A stretch of DNA of 64,000 nt from Mobula hypostoma (lineage: Eukaryota). The notes under the pieces were generated by a model. It worked only from the letters and a program-made list of their open reading frames with translations. It was not told the origin of the DNA and searched no databases. Positions 12,101 to 27,100 of this stretch are shown piece by piece. The position numbers were made by a program, and so were the translations under genes. The DNA lies in assembly GCF_963921235.1 (NCBI RefSeq), contig NC_086097.1, positions 222,024,001 to 222,088,000 on the forward strand, in the 5' to 3' direction. Every line of letters begins with the position of its first letter. Position 1 is the stretch's first letter.

Positions 12101-15100
12101 GCAAAACAATCATAGAGCAACAGCTGACAGTGGCACATCAACGGTCCAGCAGAACTTTGAAGTAACTAATCTTTGTGTGGCACGTCACCTGCTCTCCTTT
12201 TGCTGCACACAGTAGGCCTTATTGCCTGCATTCTCTCACCTCCTTATTGCTACAAAGGCCTATTGTGGAAGAACTCTCTGGATGTATATTTAACAACTGA
12301 TGGATGTATATTTAATAACTGATAATTTGGCAAGCACTGACACACTTAATTTTGCCTTTTTTGTAGGGATGATACTTAAACTAAATATTTTGATAATAAA
12401 TTGTTTCAAAAGCTTGCACAAGCACAGCAATAAGTGAAATATCACATTCGTACCTTTCACTTTGGATAATAACTAAACTGGTGTCCTTTCTTTTATTGCG
12501 AATTGCTTCATGAAAAAAGGAAGCTTCATTCTTGTTCAGGGTAATTGCAGCTCCCCTGGCTAGCAAGAGGCGCACTGCACCATTATGACCTCCTTTTGCC
12601 GCCAAGTGGAGAGCCGTATTCTTTGGAATGAATAATAAAGAAGGTTTTTGAGAATTACTTTAATAGTACAAGAAAAAATACAATGCCATCTGTACCAGTG
12701 TAATGATTAACTATCTTTATAAAATACTGATGACTTCTATCTGACCAAGTACAATGTGAAAACTGCAATCTTTTCTATACCTTTTGGAATGGCTGAATGA
12801 CAATGAAAGATGATTGAAGATTAACCAACAAAAAGCTCTCTCACTTGCACACAAAATTACAGACGTTTTCCTCACTATCAGTATTAGTGGCATTGTGAGT
12901 TCTTTTACATTTTTAATCAGCTAAAAATCACACCATCAGTCAATGGCTAATCAGCATGGTTAAAGTTTTAATTACAATGAACTAAGTTGAACTGATGACC
13001 ATATTCAACTCTCCTCCCACCCCATTCATATCTGAAAGGATGAGTTAAAATTTCTCCCTGTATTTCAACATGTAGCACTATAGATCGCATTATAGCTATC
13101 TGATGTATCTTAACACAATATATTTGTTAAATACCATATTCCTTAAGGTTGTTATAGCCGGGGTTGGTAGTGGGGACAAGCTCCCAATGGTGTGCACCTC
13201 AAGTAGCCTTTGACAACCAGGTCCTGGCCTTCACGTGTGGCTTAGCTACTAAGCCCGGTGGAACCATTTCTACTGACAGGAGAAGGGGCAAAGGCGGGTT
13301 ACTGGCATCTTAAAATAAGTTGCTTTGGGTGGATGGGGCTCATCAGCAGCTCGTCTAGGAGAAGGAAATCTCTAGCCTCGAACCTCCGCTGCCTTGCAGC
13401 TGTTCCCACACATGGGGAAGGCTTCGGGAGTAAACCCAGAGGGAAAAACCCGGAGCTGGAGTCCCTAAGGCAGACCTATATTGAGTTCAACGCTGACTAG
13501 CAACTCCTGCGACACTGCTGGTACCAAACTGTGTTGGTCTCTGCCATTCCTTTGGATTCATCAGAAGTGTGGAGAGGGGGAGCTTGCTACATGGGCAACA
13601 GCTTGCTCTCCATATCGTACTGCCCTGGCTTGCGTATCTAGACAGCTAAGGCGCAATATCCATGTTCAACTCTGGCCGACGGAGGCCTCAGATTCAGACT
13701 TTACCTAATTTCAACCTCCTGTCCCATCCTGCCACAGATACATATTACAAAACTGCATTTTCCTTTAAACTAGAAATACAGATGGAGTTTTTTCATAAGC
13801 GCTTGGTTATTAGTGCCCACAGTGAATCAGTGTTATCCAATCAAAAGAAGTCTGTGTGGAGACTTTGCTGATTTTACTTTATGTTTACTTGGTCAATTAA
13901 TGGCCTCTCTCTCTAATAAAGGTGTTATCTTTTTATTGGCTTAATCTGCTCTGAGGGTAGCTGGCAACATGAAATTAATGAAGATGGTGAAGTTTAAGGC
14001 AGTAGAGAGGGTTGAGTAGGACCAGGAATGGTGTGGCAAGGGAAAAATGAGAGCTTCATTTGTTAAACAGAAGGTTAGGTCAATAGGGCCTTGGATATGT
14101 GAACAGAAAATTCTATTAAAAAAGTACTTTGGTTTACTAAGCACCAAAGTTGCACAAGTAACATATTGTGGTTTTACCCAACAACAAAAACTAAGTAGCA
14201 TGGTCTAAATGAAAATAAATAAAACATATTCACTCACTCCTTTTTCATCCACCTGGTCAAGAAGTGATATATTACACTGTAATAATACTTCCATTGTTCG
14301 CGAATATCCTCCAAAGGCAGCATAATGTAAAGCTGTCCAACACTTGTAGTCACTTCAATGGATCGAAAAATAAAGTAAAAGCTTATTTATCTGTCCAACT
14401 AGATTTTGGGTAGTATAGAAAAATTAAGCAATGCCATATTCTATTAGAGTAAAGTGAGCTGATCTGGTGTGTCAGAAACCTTTGCCATGAGTTATAGAAC
14501 TTGTATTGTCCATTCTGTACACATATGGGATCTGATAATTGTAATCCCTTTGAGTGGTTATCAACCAGCATGAGGAAATGCTCCAGACCCAGCTGAAAGA
14601 GGACAATATGCCTCAATATTTACAAAAGAACAGTGGTCGCTCTGGTCTGCAGTCCTGCTTACACAGCAGGAGCTCAGAAATTTTCTATATCTGAAGCAGT
14701 AACTGTTTCCCTCCTTACGGATGCTGCCTGGCCTGCTGATCATGAGCGCCCCATGTCACTTCCCTTTCTGACCATCACTAATGAGGTCAACCAATCAGTA
14801 TGTTGAATCTTCAGCAGCACCATTGTGTTCCACCTTGTGCTATTCTTCCATCAGATGTTGTTTAAGATCACGAGGAAGTGGACTCGAATGATATTAATTG
14901 TGCTTGACTCCAGAGAAAAACAAATGTGAGTGTAGCATCCAACAATGTTGGACATGGGAACAAAGCATTTTGCAAAGTGCTTCTGTAGGTCCTCAAGAGT
15001 TCCAGTATTACAGTCAATGTGCAGTGCCTTGAGCCAATCCGCTTCCATCAGTATAAGCTGCTGCATGTACAAGCAGATGTCCATCTACAGTCGCTCACTG

Positions 15101-18100
15101 CTTCCTCACTATGTCCTTACATAATACATGCAGGATCTATGGCACACCATTTGCTGAATGGCACTGCTCACAAAAATGCCGTCACAGTGAACAGTATTAG
15201 AAGAAAGGCCGTGCTGACATTGGAGAGGGTTCAAAGCAGCTTCTGGGATTGAAAGGCTTATTATATGAGGAGTGTTTGATGGCTCTGGGCCGGTACTCGC
15301 TGGAATTTAGAAGAATGGGGGGGGGGGTGCAAATCTCATTGAAACCTACTGACTGTTGAAAGGCCTCAATAGAGTGTGATGTGGAGAGGATGTTACCTAT
15401 GGTGGGGGAGCCTAGGATCAGAGGACACAGCCTCAGAACAGAGGGACGTCTATTTCCAGCAGAGATGAGGAAAAATTTCTTGAGCCAGAGAATGGTGAAT
15501 CAGTAGAATTCGTCACCACATGTGACTGTGGAGGTCAAGTACATTCAAGGCAGAGTTTGATAGATTCCTGATTAATGAAGGGATCCCGTGAAGGGATACA
15601 GGGAGAAGGCAGCAGATTCCGGCTGAGAGGATAATTGATCAGCCATGATGAAATGGTGAAACAGACTTGATGGGCCAAATGGCCTAATTCTGCTCCTACA
15701 TGGTATGGTCTAATCATTATCTATGTTGCCACATGATCACATGTGCCACAAAAGGCACAAATGATCTACATCCCCTTAGTCTTCATCTTCATCTTCATCT
15801 TCATACAGTTGCTTCACTGCTGGAATGGTTTGAAACTACTGCATGTTCTTGAGTACTACTTCTAAGGCAGAGCTCATTATGCTGTCCTTAGCCTGACCAT
15901 GTATTAACCTATCAGTTCCTGTGATTGCATGAGCCAGATCTCTGACCGGGCACTACATGAAACCATGAGAGCAGGTGATGGATGGTCATATGAGCAGCTG
16001 GTATGTATCACAAGTCCTGGTTGTGCGACCACTGACATCAGCCAGACAGTCTGGGAAGTGTTGATAATGGCTGGGGTCACCCATCTCATAAAGATACCGC
16101 CCAGGAGAAGGCAATTGCAAACTACTTCAGTAGAAAAGTTTGTCAAGAGCATTCATAGTCATACGGTGCAGCACATAATAATGATGTCTACGTTAGTGTT
16201 TCCCTTTAATGAATTTACTATATCCTGCAATAGAAACATGTCGGTAGATTATGGCACAAGTAGACAGGCCAACATTTTGCATGTTTCAGACCGTACTGCC
16301 AGTGATAACATCACCCTCCTTTCTTCACTCATATTATTTCCCTAAATTTTAGAGACCCATGGAAATTTTGGATCCTTACTCCCATTCTCTCCTCTGTAAT
16401 CTTACAATGGCAGTATGACTGTCGGCAGGTGGAATCGAGAATTGTGCCTGTTGCTTCCAGCTGGAAGGAAAATAGTGTGGGACCTTTCTCTCCAGGTTGC
16501 CTTAAAGGTGCTTGGGCCAGTGTCTAGTCCATTGTGGAAGGTGAGTGGTAGCATTGCTGATCCTCTTGGTTGACTTATTTCAGTGACCTTGTGTACCCAC
16601 GTGAGGTTTGCAGTTCCTTTTGATGCATTTTATTTCACACTGTGATGGACAGATGAGACTTCAGTCTTGTATGAGCCATAAGCTAAAGATAGTACTATTG
16701 CATTTTATTTGACCTGATGGTAACTCCGACGCTGTATTTTATTTGAAATCAGACTTGCCTCTCTCTGTTTGTTGATAAAATTTGTTATAACTTTGTACTA
16801 TGTTGTCTGATCGCCTGCCTTAAAGAGATCCAGAACCTGCCTGTTCTACTAGCTCAGTAGTTACATGAGGTTCCAGCTATAGCTAGGTCAAGTGGGAACT
16901 GCCAGTCCAGTGTCTAAAAAAATTATCATTAAAAGACAGATCTCTTAATGCATACAGGTCATATCAGAAGCAATAAACTAGAGCAGAATCTATAACACAT
17001 TTCAAAAGGGAATCTGACAAATAGTTAACTAAAAAAAAAACAGGGAACTTAGAAGTTAGAGGAATGAAAACAAACCAGAACTATCTCAGGGAGGTGGTGG
17101 AGAGCAGTAGGCGAAAGATAATCCGCAGTGCTGTAGAAATCTGATTCTGAAACAAAATGGCAGCTATTGAATAAGACTCTCCAGCAATAGGGCAGGCATC
17201 AAATTATAAAACCTTAAGACGTAGTAGCAGAATTAGCTCATTTGGCCCACATAGCCAGCTCTATCATTCCATCATGTCTGATTTATTATCCAGGTATTAG
17301 AAAAAATCCTCCTCCAAGAATTTTGGAGTAACACTGCCTCGAAACATGAACTGTTCTGCATGGGCATTAACGTTTACCAAGAGAAATCTGAGTGAAAGCT
17401 GGCGCAGGTAAAGAAATATGTGAACATTGGGAAGAACTGCAGATGATATAGATCTGATGTAAAACAGGAAATACTAAGATAAGGGGGTCGGGAAGCATCT
17501 GTAAAAAGGGAAACAGTTGGAATTTTAAATAAGGGACCCTTCAGCAGGCCTGATAAAGAGAAAGACATTTTACTGTGTGACAGGAAGAGCAAAGGGAATT
17601 TCTGATAGAGGGAAATCACATGGCAGATGAGATCAGATTAAACTGGTTAAGTCTGTGTAATTTTGCTGAAGTGGGTCAGGGACAGTAAGGAAAAAGAATG
17701 GCAGGAGGAAACATAGACAGGTAGTAAGAGTAAGAAGAAAATAAAGGTTTACATTAGAATAGCGAGCTGCATTTGTTTGAAGTGAGGATTGTTTCACTGT
17801 ATGTTACATGGAGAGAATAGAGAAAACCCATTCTGAGTACAAATAATGAGAAAGTGATCTAATCCAATCAATGGCAAATTTTATGAAGTTTAGCAAGAAA
17901 GTGAAAGAAGTGAGAAGTCTTTCCTTTCTCATTTTCGTCAATAGTCAGTGTGGTAGAGAATGAAAACATGACGTCGCCTCACCACTCACCACATGAGGAG
18001 AGCTCCTTTCCTGAGGAGCAGCTGCACCACGTCGGTGTGCCCATTCTGTGCCGCCAACAGCAGTGGCGTCATTCCTTTCTCATCCCCTTCGTTCAGTAGT

Positions 18101-21100
18101 TTGGAGTCATTTATAGCCTGCAGCAGCAATTTGCATGTATTGAGCCGGCCACAACTGGAATTACATGTATATTGGTGTCAGTGGGTTTGACTTTTACTTT
18201 GATTTATATTTTGAGATAAGGGGCAGAATTGGCCCTTCTGTTCCTTCAAACCACGCCATCCAGCAACCCCTGATTTAACCCCAGCCTTGTCACCGGATGA
18301 TTTACAGTGACTAATTAACCTACCAACTGGTATGTCTTTGGACTGTGGGAGAAAGCGGGCGCACACCAAGGAAACTCTCACTGTCACGAGGAGAACGTAC
18401 AAAGTCCAGTGGCGTGAATTGAATCCAGGTCACTGGTACTGTAAAGCATAGTTCTAATCACTGCTCTATTGTGCCACCCCGCACTATATTGAAGAATGTC
18501 ATATGAGGAACTATAATACTTACTTTTCATAAGTGGAATGACATAGGTCTCCTTGACTCTTCTGACCCCATCATCTCTCCCAATGTCATTGCCAACCAAT
18601 CTGAAACTCACACCACTCGAAATCCCCACATTAAAAATAACTCCCCCTACTCTCACCCATATTAAAGTCATTCCCTCTCTCTCTCTCTCTACCCACTTCC
18701 AATCTTCTAATTCCCCACTCATTGGACCCCTTAAATCCCCCAACCCTCTGATGTTGATATCCCCGTAGTGAAACGCTCTAATGACCAAGATCTCAGGTCC
18801 TGACATATGATTCACTGAAATCATGACCACTTCACCATCTCAAGCTCTTGATCCCCATCTCATGTTCTCCACAACTCCATTCTACTCCCAGCTATCTTCT
18901 TTAGCAGCAAAGCAAGAAAACAATTTTCCAGCTGGACAACTATAATGCATTCCCCCAGAAAATCGTAAACACAGTAACAGGAGACATTTTCAAAAATGAC
19001 TTTTTCCTTACAGATCACCCCAAAGCAAGTTTAGCTCCTCCTGAATACAAACTCTAAACCCAGTTTAAGATCTCTTCCTGCCCCATTTCCAGAACCAATT
19101 CTTCATTGAAGAACTTCACCCAATCCCTCCTGGCCCAGATCCTTCTTCCAGACAGCACCTGCATCCCCCTCATGTGCTGACCCACCCCCCGGTTCATTGC
19201 CTTTGTCTCTTTGCATACTTTTGTCTGAACCCAGAGACTTTAATCTCAGAAGTCATTTTTTCCATGATGGAAAAGTTCATATGTCTTGGAATAATACCAA
19301 AGCTCTTAAGCAGAAATTTTCAACGAAAGCTGAAAAGGTGCTGCAAGTATAGAATCTAGAATATAAGTGGCTTGTATTATGAGGAAACGTTAGACAGACC
19401 AGGTTTGTATCTAACTTACCTGAAAAATGTGACAGCCACTATGACTGACGCATAAAGATCCTGGGAAATCCTGACAGGGTGAACACTGAGAGCATTACAG
19501 TTACAGAGAAAGTGCAGTGCATGTAGGAAATAAGGTCAAGAGTCTATTTTATCTAAGCTAAGAAGAAACTAAACTTCGAGGTTGCTGATTGGGAAGGAGG
19601 AGTTGCCATTTAAAACGGGGTTGATGTTATCTTTCTTTCTCTCAGAGGGTTGTGGCTCTTTGCAACTATTTTCCTTGAAATGCAGTGGAAACTTTGAATG
19701 TTTTTAAGGTGGAGTTTGATTCTTGTTGTGCAAGCGGACAAAAAAAATTATGGAGTTAGGTGGGATTGTGGAATACAAGTCTCAGTTCCCTGGTCATTGG
19801 TTCCGTGAATGCTCGTGCTCCTGGTTACATCAACAGTATTGAATGGGTCAAGAGTTTCAAATTCCTGGGGGTGAACATCACCAAAGCCAGTCCTGGTCCA
19901 ACTATGTTGAAGACATGGCTAAGAAAGCTCGCCAGTGCCCCCACTTCCTCAGGAATCCAAAGAAATTTTGCATGTCCCCTTTGACCCTCATCAATTTTTA
20001 TCAAAGCACCATAAAAAGTATCCTATCCAAATGTGCCATGGCTTATTATGACAACTGCACTCTTCGTGACTGCAATAATGTGCAGAGAGCTGTGGACACT
20101 GCCTGTAATTCTTATTACCTCAATAAAACAGTTATTGTAAGCAGACACCACCCATCTAAGACCGTCTTTCTTCTCCTCCTCCCATTGAGCAGAAGGTACA
20201 ATGGCCTGAAACATGTACCACCAGCCAAAGGAAAACTTCTGTCCCATGGAATGTTTTCCTCAGTACAATAAAAGGGAATCTTGACCTCAATCTACCTTGT
20301 TATAACCTTGTACCTTATCAGCTGCCTGCACTACACTTTCTGTGTAACTGCAACACGTTACTCTGCGCTCTGTCATTGCTTTCCCTTGTACTACCTCAAA
20401 GCACTGTTGTAATGAATCCATCTGTTTGAAAGGTATGCAAGGCAAGTTTTGCACGGTACCTTGATACATGTGACAAAAAATGAAATAATTGACTAAATAA
20501 TCAAGCAGACAAGATGGGCTGAGTGGCTTACTCCTGTTCCTAATTTGTTTGCTAACTGAGGGATACAGGAACTAAAGGACACTTCGAAAAAACACCATGG
20601 AATCTTTAATGCTCACCAAAGAGAAGCATTTATTTCCAAAGTATTTAAATTTATTGCAGCCTACATATACACAACCTTAAGGTTGTTATAGTCAGAGGTG
20701 GTAATGGGGATAAGCTCCCACTACCTACTAAATGCTCCCAATGGCATGCAATCTCAAATAGCCTCAGACAACCAAGTCCAGCTCCTGGTTTTCATGTGTA
20801 GCCTAGCTACTAAGCCCAGTGGAACCATTTCTACTGACAGGAGAAGGGGGCAAAGTTGGGCTACTAGCGCCTTAAAGCCAGTCACTTCATGCAGATGGGC
20901 TCGTCAGCCCTGTTTGGCAGCTCATCTAGAAGAAGGAAAACTCTGATCTCAAACCTGCACTGCCTTGTGGCTACACCCAACAATGGGGGATACTTCAGGA
21001 GTAAATCCCAAGGGAAAAATCCAGATCTGAAGTCCCTAGGGCAGTCCTATGTTGAGTTCAATACTAACTGGCAACTTCCGTGGTGCTGGTAGTTCCAAAC

Positions 21101-24100
21101 TGCACTGTTCTCTATCATTATTTTTGGTTCATCAGATGCATAGAGAGGGTGAGCTTGTTACATGGGCAACAGCTTGCTCTCCATTGCAAGGTTTGGCTTG
21201 TGTATCTAGACCGATAGGATGCAATATCCTTGGTAGATCCTGACCAATGGAGGCTCAGACATATAAAGAAGCTAAATCTTACAATCAAAGCAATACATTT
21301 GAGATTTGCGAGCTAACCTACCTTGCTGCAAAATGCAGTGATGATCTTTTGTCTGTTGCTTTCAAGTGAAGAGATACATTTAGTGCCAACATTTTAACTA
21401 CAGAGTCTGTTAAACCCTGTTTACACACATAGTGCAACGGAGTACAGCCATTAATATCTTTGTCATTCAAGAGCTCACGCACTTCTACGGACTGCAAAAG
21501 AATACACAAAAGATAAAATGGTAAATAGATTAGAAATGAATAGACCCACAAAATGTTTGTTTAAGTGTGTCAAAATTGCTGATAAACCTTTCTCCCCAAA
21601 CTTGTTACCTTAGAACAAACTGGGTTTGAATTTTCAGTTTCTAGCTCAATTTTTAATAATTATGGAAAAATAGTGAGAATTCCAAAAGCTGTCCATGTAG
21701 AAGCACAAATAATCATTTACCTGAAGTATTTCTTCACTGAGGTTTTGTAACCCTTTTGGTTGCAGGACAGTTAAATGAAGGAAGTTGCATTGCATATTAT
21801 TCTTAATTTTTACATTAGCACCTAAGAAAAGAGATTGTTATACAAGTTATAAATATTATTAGTTATATTAAAAAGTTATGGAATGATTCTTACAATAGCA
21901 AAAATCCATAATATACAATTCCAAATCAATTACCTCAATGGTGGCACAATTACTAACAGAAGTCTGCTCCCTTACTAAGTGCAGAAGATCTGTAAGGAAC
22001 ATTTGACGTATCTCTGGCCCTAGAAAGCTTGGCTTGTGAGTGCACTTCTTTAGCATGAGTGAAGCTGGTTGTCAGGTGACTTTAAGAGCTGGAGCATCTG
22101 ATGCTAATAGAAAACTGCACCAGACACACAGCAATGTCTCAGTAACAAATGTTTACCATGCAGTGATGGCAAATGCAGGTTACCACATGCATGACACACA
22201 AATATGCATTTGTCCTAGTTTTGGAAATGCAATAAAAAGTCACAAGTCTCCCATGTAGTTCCATATTAGCACATCTTTTTAATGTGTGAGAACTTCCAGT
22301 TCTTTAGCTTCACATTAACCTGACTTCTACTGATGAGACAGATTATCCACAGTAAACCAGAGAAATGATTCTCTGGTGAAACAATTGAAGCTCATGTGGA
22401 AGTATTCAGAACAGAATTTACCATGATACAGAACCAAACATTCTGCAAGCTTAATCGTAGTCTTGGAAATCCAAAGGCAAGAAAGCATGCAAAGGCAAAG
22501 GGAAAAGCATGTAATTTGCAAAGAATAGAATAGATCCTGTTTCTGAAGGACAATGATTGTGACAAGACTATGCCACCCATTATTTGGATATAGATTATTC
22601 TCACCCATTATTTGGATATAGATTATTCTCACCCATTATTTGGATGAGAAATAGCCCAACAACACTTGACTGAAAAAAGATCTGCCATTAACAGCTCAAG
22701 TTATGAGAGGAATTTTTTTTGTGGAAGGCTACTGCCTCTCCCTGGTTATAGAAATCCAGCATTAAGATTCCTGTTAATTCATAAAGTTTTGATAAACTGC
22801 TATCCAGCCACATGAAAACATAACAAAACAGCAGAAATCAGTCTAATGCTGTAAGAAATGGACAATAGAGGCAGCTGACCTCTCTTCACCAGAGTTTTCA
22901 CTGTATTCCAGGCTCCATGTGAAGTTGCCCACAAAAGTGGGGTGCGAGATTCACTGTCAGTCATATTCATATCCGCTCCCTGGAATTAAAAGAGCCCCAA
23001 AATTACTTGCACATGAATTAATTAGTATTCTTTTACTTGCACATAAACCAATGACTTTACAAATATGTTCTGCTTGAGTATCTTGCTGGAAATATGCTTC
23101 CCTTGCTCAAAATAGCCTAGTTAATGGCTTTAGAATTTGTAAGAAATGAAAGAAGTACTTCTAAAGTTTAAAATAAAATCACTAAATGTCTGAAACACTC
23201 AACAGGTTAGGTATCATCTGTGGGAAGGAGAAACAATCTACATTTCAATTCTGCAACCCTTCATCTTAGTGTTTCACTTTCTATAGCAGTTGCTTTACAT
23301 AATGAACATTTTCATCATTTTCTATTCTCATTTCAGATTTCTGGTATCTATGGTCAATTTTCAAATTTATTTTTAAAGTTTAGCCATTATTGCATTTAGG
23401 AGAAGCAGCACTGACTTGTACAGATCAAGGACACTTAAGAGAACAAAGTGATGATGATCAGTAATTCTGTTTTAGTGGTGTAGCTGAAGGGGTAACATTT
23501 GCTTCTTTGACAACTGCCTTGCATCTTCCACATCGATCTCACATGAATATATCATCCAAAAGGTAGCACTGCACCACTCTCTGAGGTTTTACTCAAGAAC
23601 ACTGTGCAGTGGTGTGGGGAATGAGCTAAAATGATCCTTTTCTCACATGATTATCATAAACATTAATATCCAGGCATGGACGTGAACATAGGACATTACA
23701 GCACAGTGCAGGATCTTCGACACACGATATTGTGCCGATCTTCTAACCTATTCCAAGATCAATCTAACCCATCCCTCCAATATAGGCCTCCATTTTCCTA
23801 TCATCCGTGTGCCAATCTAAGACTTTCCTATATGTCCATAATGCCCTGCCTCTACCACTAACGCTGGCAGGATGTTCCATGCCACTCATGTATCTCTGTG
23901 TACCTCTGACATCCCGCTGATACTTTGCTCCAAACGACTTAAAATTATGCCTCCTCTATTTGCCACTGGGGAAAAAAGTCTCTGATTATCCATTTGATCT
24001 ATGCTTCTCATCTTGTACATCCAGTCCTAACTGGATCATGAAATCCACCAAATTCTGGCCACCAAATCTATGGCCATAGAAGTTAATTGTTAAACTTACA

Positions 24101-27100
24101 TCATATGAGCAGCTAAGATCATGATATTCATCGTAGACAGGAAATCACTTTGTTTATCTTGATAGTTGATTCATTTAGACTCAGACACTGGGGCACATTT
24201 TTGAAAGGTTACCTTGCTCTTAGAATATTTTTCATCTAATTCTCTATCCAGAATAGAGCTCATTAAAGTTATCGTTTGTAATTGTTTAGACGAATGATGA
24301 TAGAATACCTGTTCAATTAAGTACTCCACTAGCTCTGAGGAATCATATGTGGCAGCCCTTCAGGTTAAAAAAAAATACACATTATTCATTAAAAATCTGT
24401 AATGACACTCATAAGTTATTGAACAGATTGAATTCTTTAACTAGGCACAGTCACTTTTAAGTTAGTCTTATCTTACTTGTGTAGTGGTGTTTGTTTAATA
24501 CCATCCAAAATATGAAGTATGTTTTTCTCTCCTTTGTACTTAGAAAGCATGAACTTGACAGCCTCAAAAGCCCCCTGCAAGCAGGCAAAGTGAAGGGGAG
24601 TTGATTTATCCTTCTGCTAATAAGAAAGAGAAATAATGTTGATTCTGTTACGAAGTTTAATAACTTTAAACTTTAAGCAATTATGGAAAATCATTTATGA
24701 GGAAAAACTTCATCGGTATTACTGATATACTCACAGTGCTGGATCACTTTCCAATGGAAATATGCTTGGAAGTAATTTCCATTACTTGTATGATTTCAGA
24801 TTGCTACTAGCTGACTGACCACTTAACCCTTCAACTGCTGCTCTTCCTCTGCATAGTAAAGGTTCGGAGCCCCAGTTTAAAGCTATCCACCATTCACCTG
24901 CCAAGCTCCGCAAAATGCTCACGTATGTACTGACTTCTACCACCCAGTGGCACTGTGTGACAAACTTCCTGCTTCTCTGTCTTTCCTGCACTTCAGGAAA
25001 AGCAGCAGATTAGATTTCACATCATCTAATCCAAATGCAAGAGAATAGTGTAAGGCTGAAGAAATTACGTTTAATTATTTCCAGAGTTTTAAAATATGTT
25101 TTCTTCTTATTTTACAGTTACTGAGGCAATTCCTTTGCTTTATTCAGATACCACAGACTCACCCTAATCAAACTGTGTGCAACTGAAAGATTAGTTCACT
25201 AAACAAATTTTTAAATCTCAGACATTTAAAAAATATCTTTGCAACATTAAACAAGGAACAGAAAACTGACTACTGAAAATGCATAATAGCACATGAGACG
25301 TTCAGTTCATCATGGGGTTGCTGACTTCCATATGTAGAAATGTCCTATCAATGACATCCATAATGCATTGATCATCCTAATCTATGTAAACTAGAAAGGA
25401 TTCAATTCTTGAGCATGCTCAATTTTGTGACGCCATTCAGCAGCCTGTTTACGTCAGTGCCTAGTTTACAGGAAGCTACAACTATGCATCCTTCCTCCAA
25501 CACTATGCTCTTCCCCATCCCTTCATAGAAGAAAATAACTACAGGCTGATAAGGCAGTCTCCGTGGTGAAAGATTATAACTGAGTCAAATTTCAACCTAA
25601 AGTTAATGTTGCCAAAAAAATTACTTATTTTGTGACCTTCTTGTCATCTTACTTCAAAAGCTATTAATGAATTTTGAAATGTTTCAAGGAACTGTGATTA
25701 TATAATTTGCACAGCACACCTTCAAATTCCATATTCTTTGAAATATCTCCTTCATATTTCTTCATATTTATTTCGAGCCCTAATCAATCTTCATCTAATA
25801 ATATTTTTATACAAGCTTTTCCACTCCAGTGGAATTTTCACATTCCTTCATTAAAGCAATTTTTCTATCACATGGTGTTTTCTGACCAGTAATAGGAACA
25901 CCATTCAGGAAAGGAATATTACTCACTTTTCTGGGAAACTTTCTCTTGCACAATTGCCACACTTTTGTATAGGTTCCCATGAGAAACATGTTGAATAATA
26001 AGATTAATCAGTTTCTCTCTCCATCTTCCAGGTTTTTCACAAGCAATTAATGTGTTATCATGTAAGAAGACTAGCAGTTATGTATGTATCTGGGGTCTTT
26101 CTGGAGAAGTGTTTCATTGAAATTTCCTCTTGCACTTCTATTACACTAATTGATGCACTCTTCCCCACAGTTACATTACAATCTACACTGAACAGATAAC
26201 TCAGGATATTCCTTATAACTGTTCTCCTTCAGCTGGCTTAACGTTGACACCTTATCCATAAAAACAGGATTATGCCACCATTTTACAATTGTGGCAAATT
26301 TGGAGTAATACATGTACTGTATGAAATTAAATTTCATAATCTTGCATTTTCTCTCATTCATAAATCTTTGTTGATTACACTGGACAACAATTTTTTCTGG
26401 AAGTGTTGCTTCCTCAGAAATGTTTTGTTTATGATAGACCACTTGAAGCTGAACACAAATGTAATTTTAGAATACTTGCATCACATAGGAATTTGGATAA
26501 AAAAGAAATTAACTTTTATTGAATTTAATGCATTCAGGGATATTCAATATTCAGGAGGGATAGACATGAAGGAAGGGGAGGTGGGGTGGCGTTGCTGGTT
26601 AAAGGAGAGATTAACGCAATAGAAAGGAAGGACATAAGCCGGGAAGATGTGGAATCGATATGGGTAGAGCTGCGTAACACTAAGGGGCAGAAGACGCTGG
26701 TGGGAGTTGTGTACAGGCCACCTAACAGTAGTAGTGAGGTCGGAGATGGTATTAAACAGGAAATTAGAAATGTGTGCAATAAAGGAACAGCAGTTATAAT
26801 GGGTGACTTCAATCTACATGTAGATTGGGTGAACCAAATTGGTAAAGGTGCTGAGGAAGAGGATTTCTTGGAATGTATGCGGGATGGTTTTTTGAACCAA
26901 CATGTCAAGGAATCAACTAGAGAGCAGGCTATTCTGGACTGGGTTTTGAGCAATGAGGAAGGGTTAATTAGCGATCTTGTCGTGAGAGGCCCCTTGGGTA
27001 AGAGTGACCATAATATGGTGGAATTCTTCATTAAGATGGAAAGTGACATAGTTAATTCAGAAACAAAGGTTCTGAACTCAAAGAGGGGTAACTTTGAAGG

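Noticed and set aside
18384..18830. 148-aa ORF and pyrimidine-rich tract
   Set aside because: Low-complexity, strand-biased sequence overlapping a SINE; no domain or splice support.
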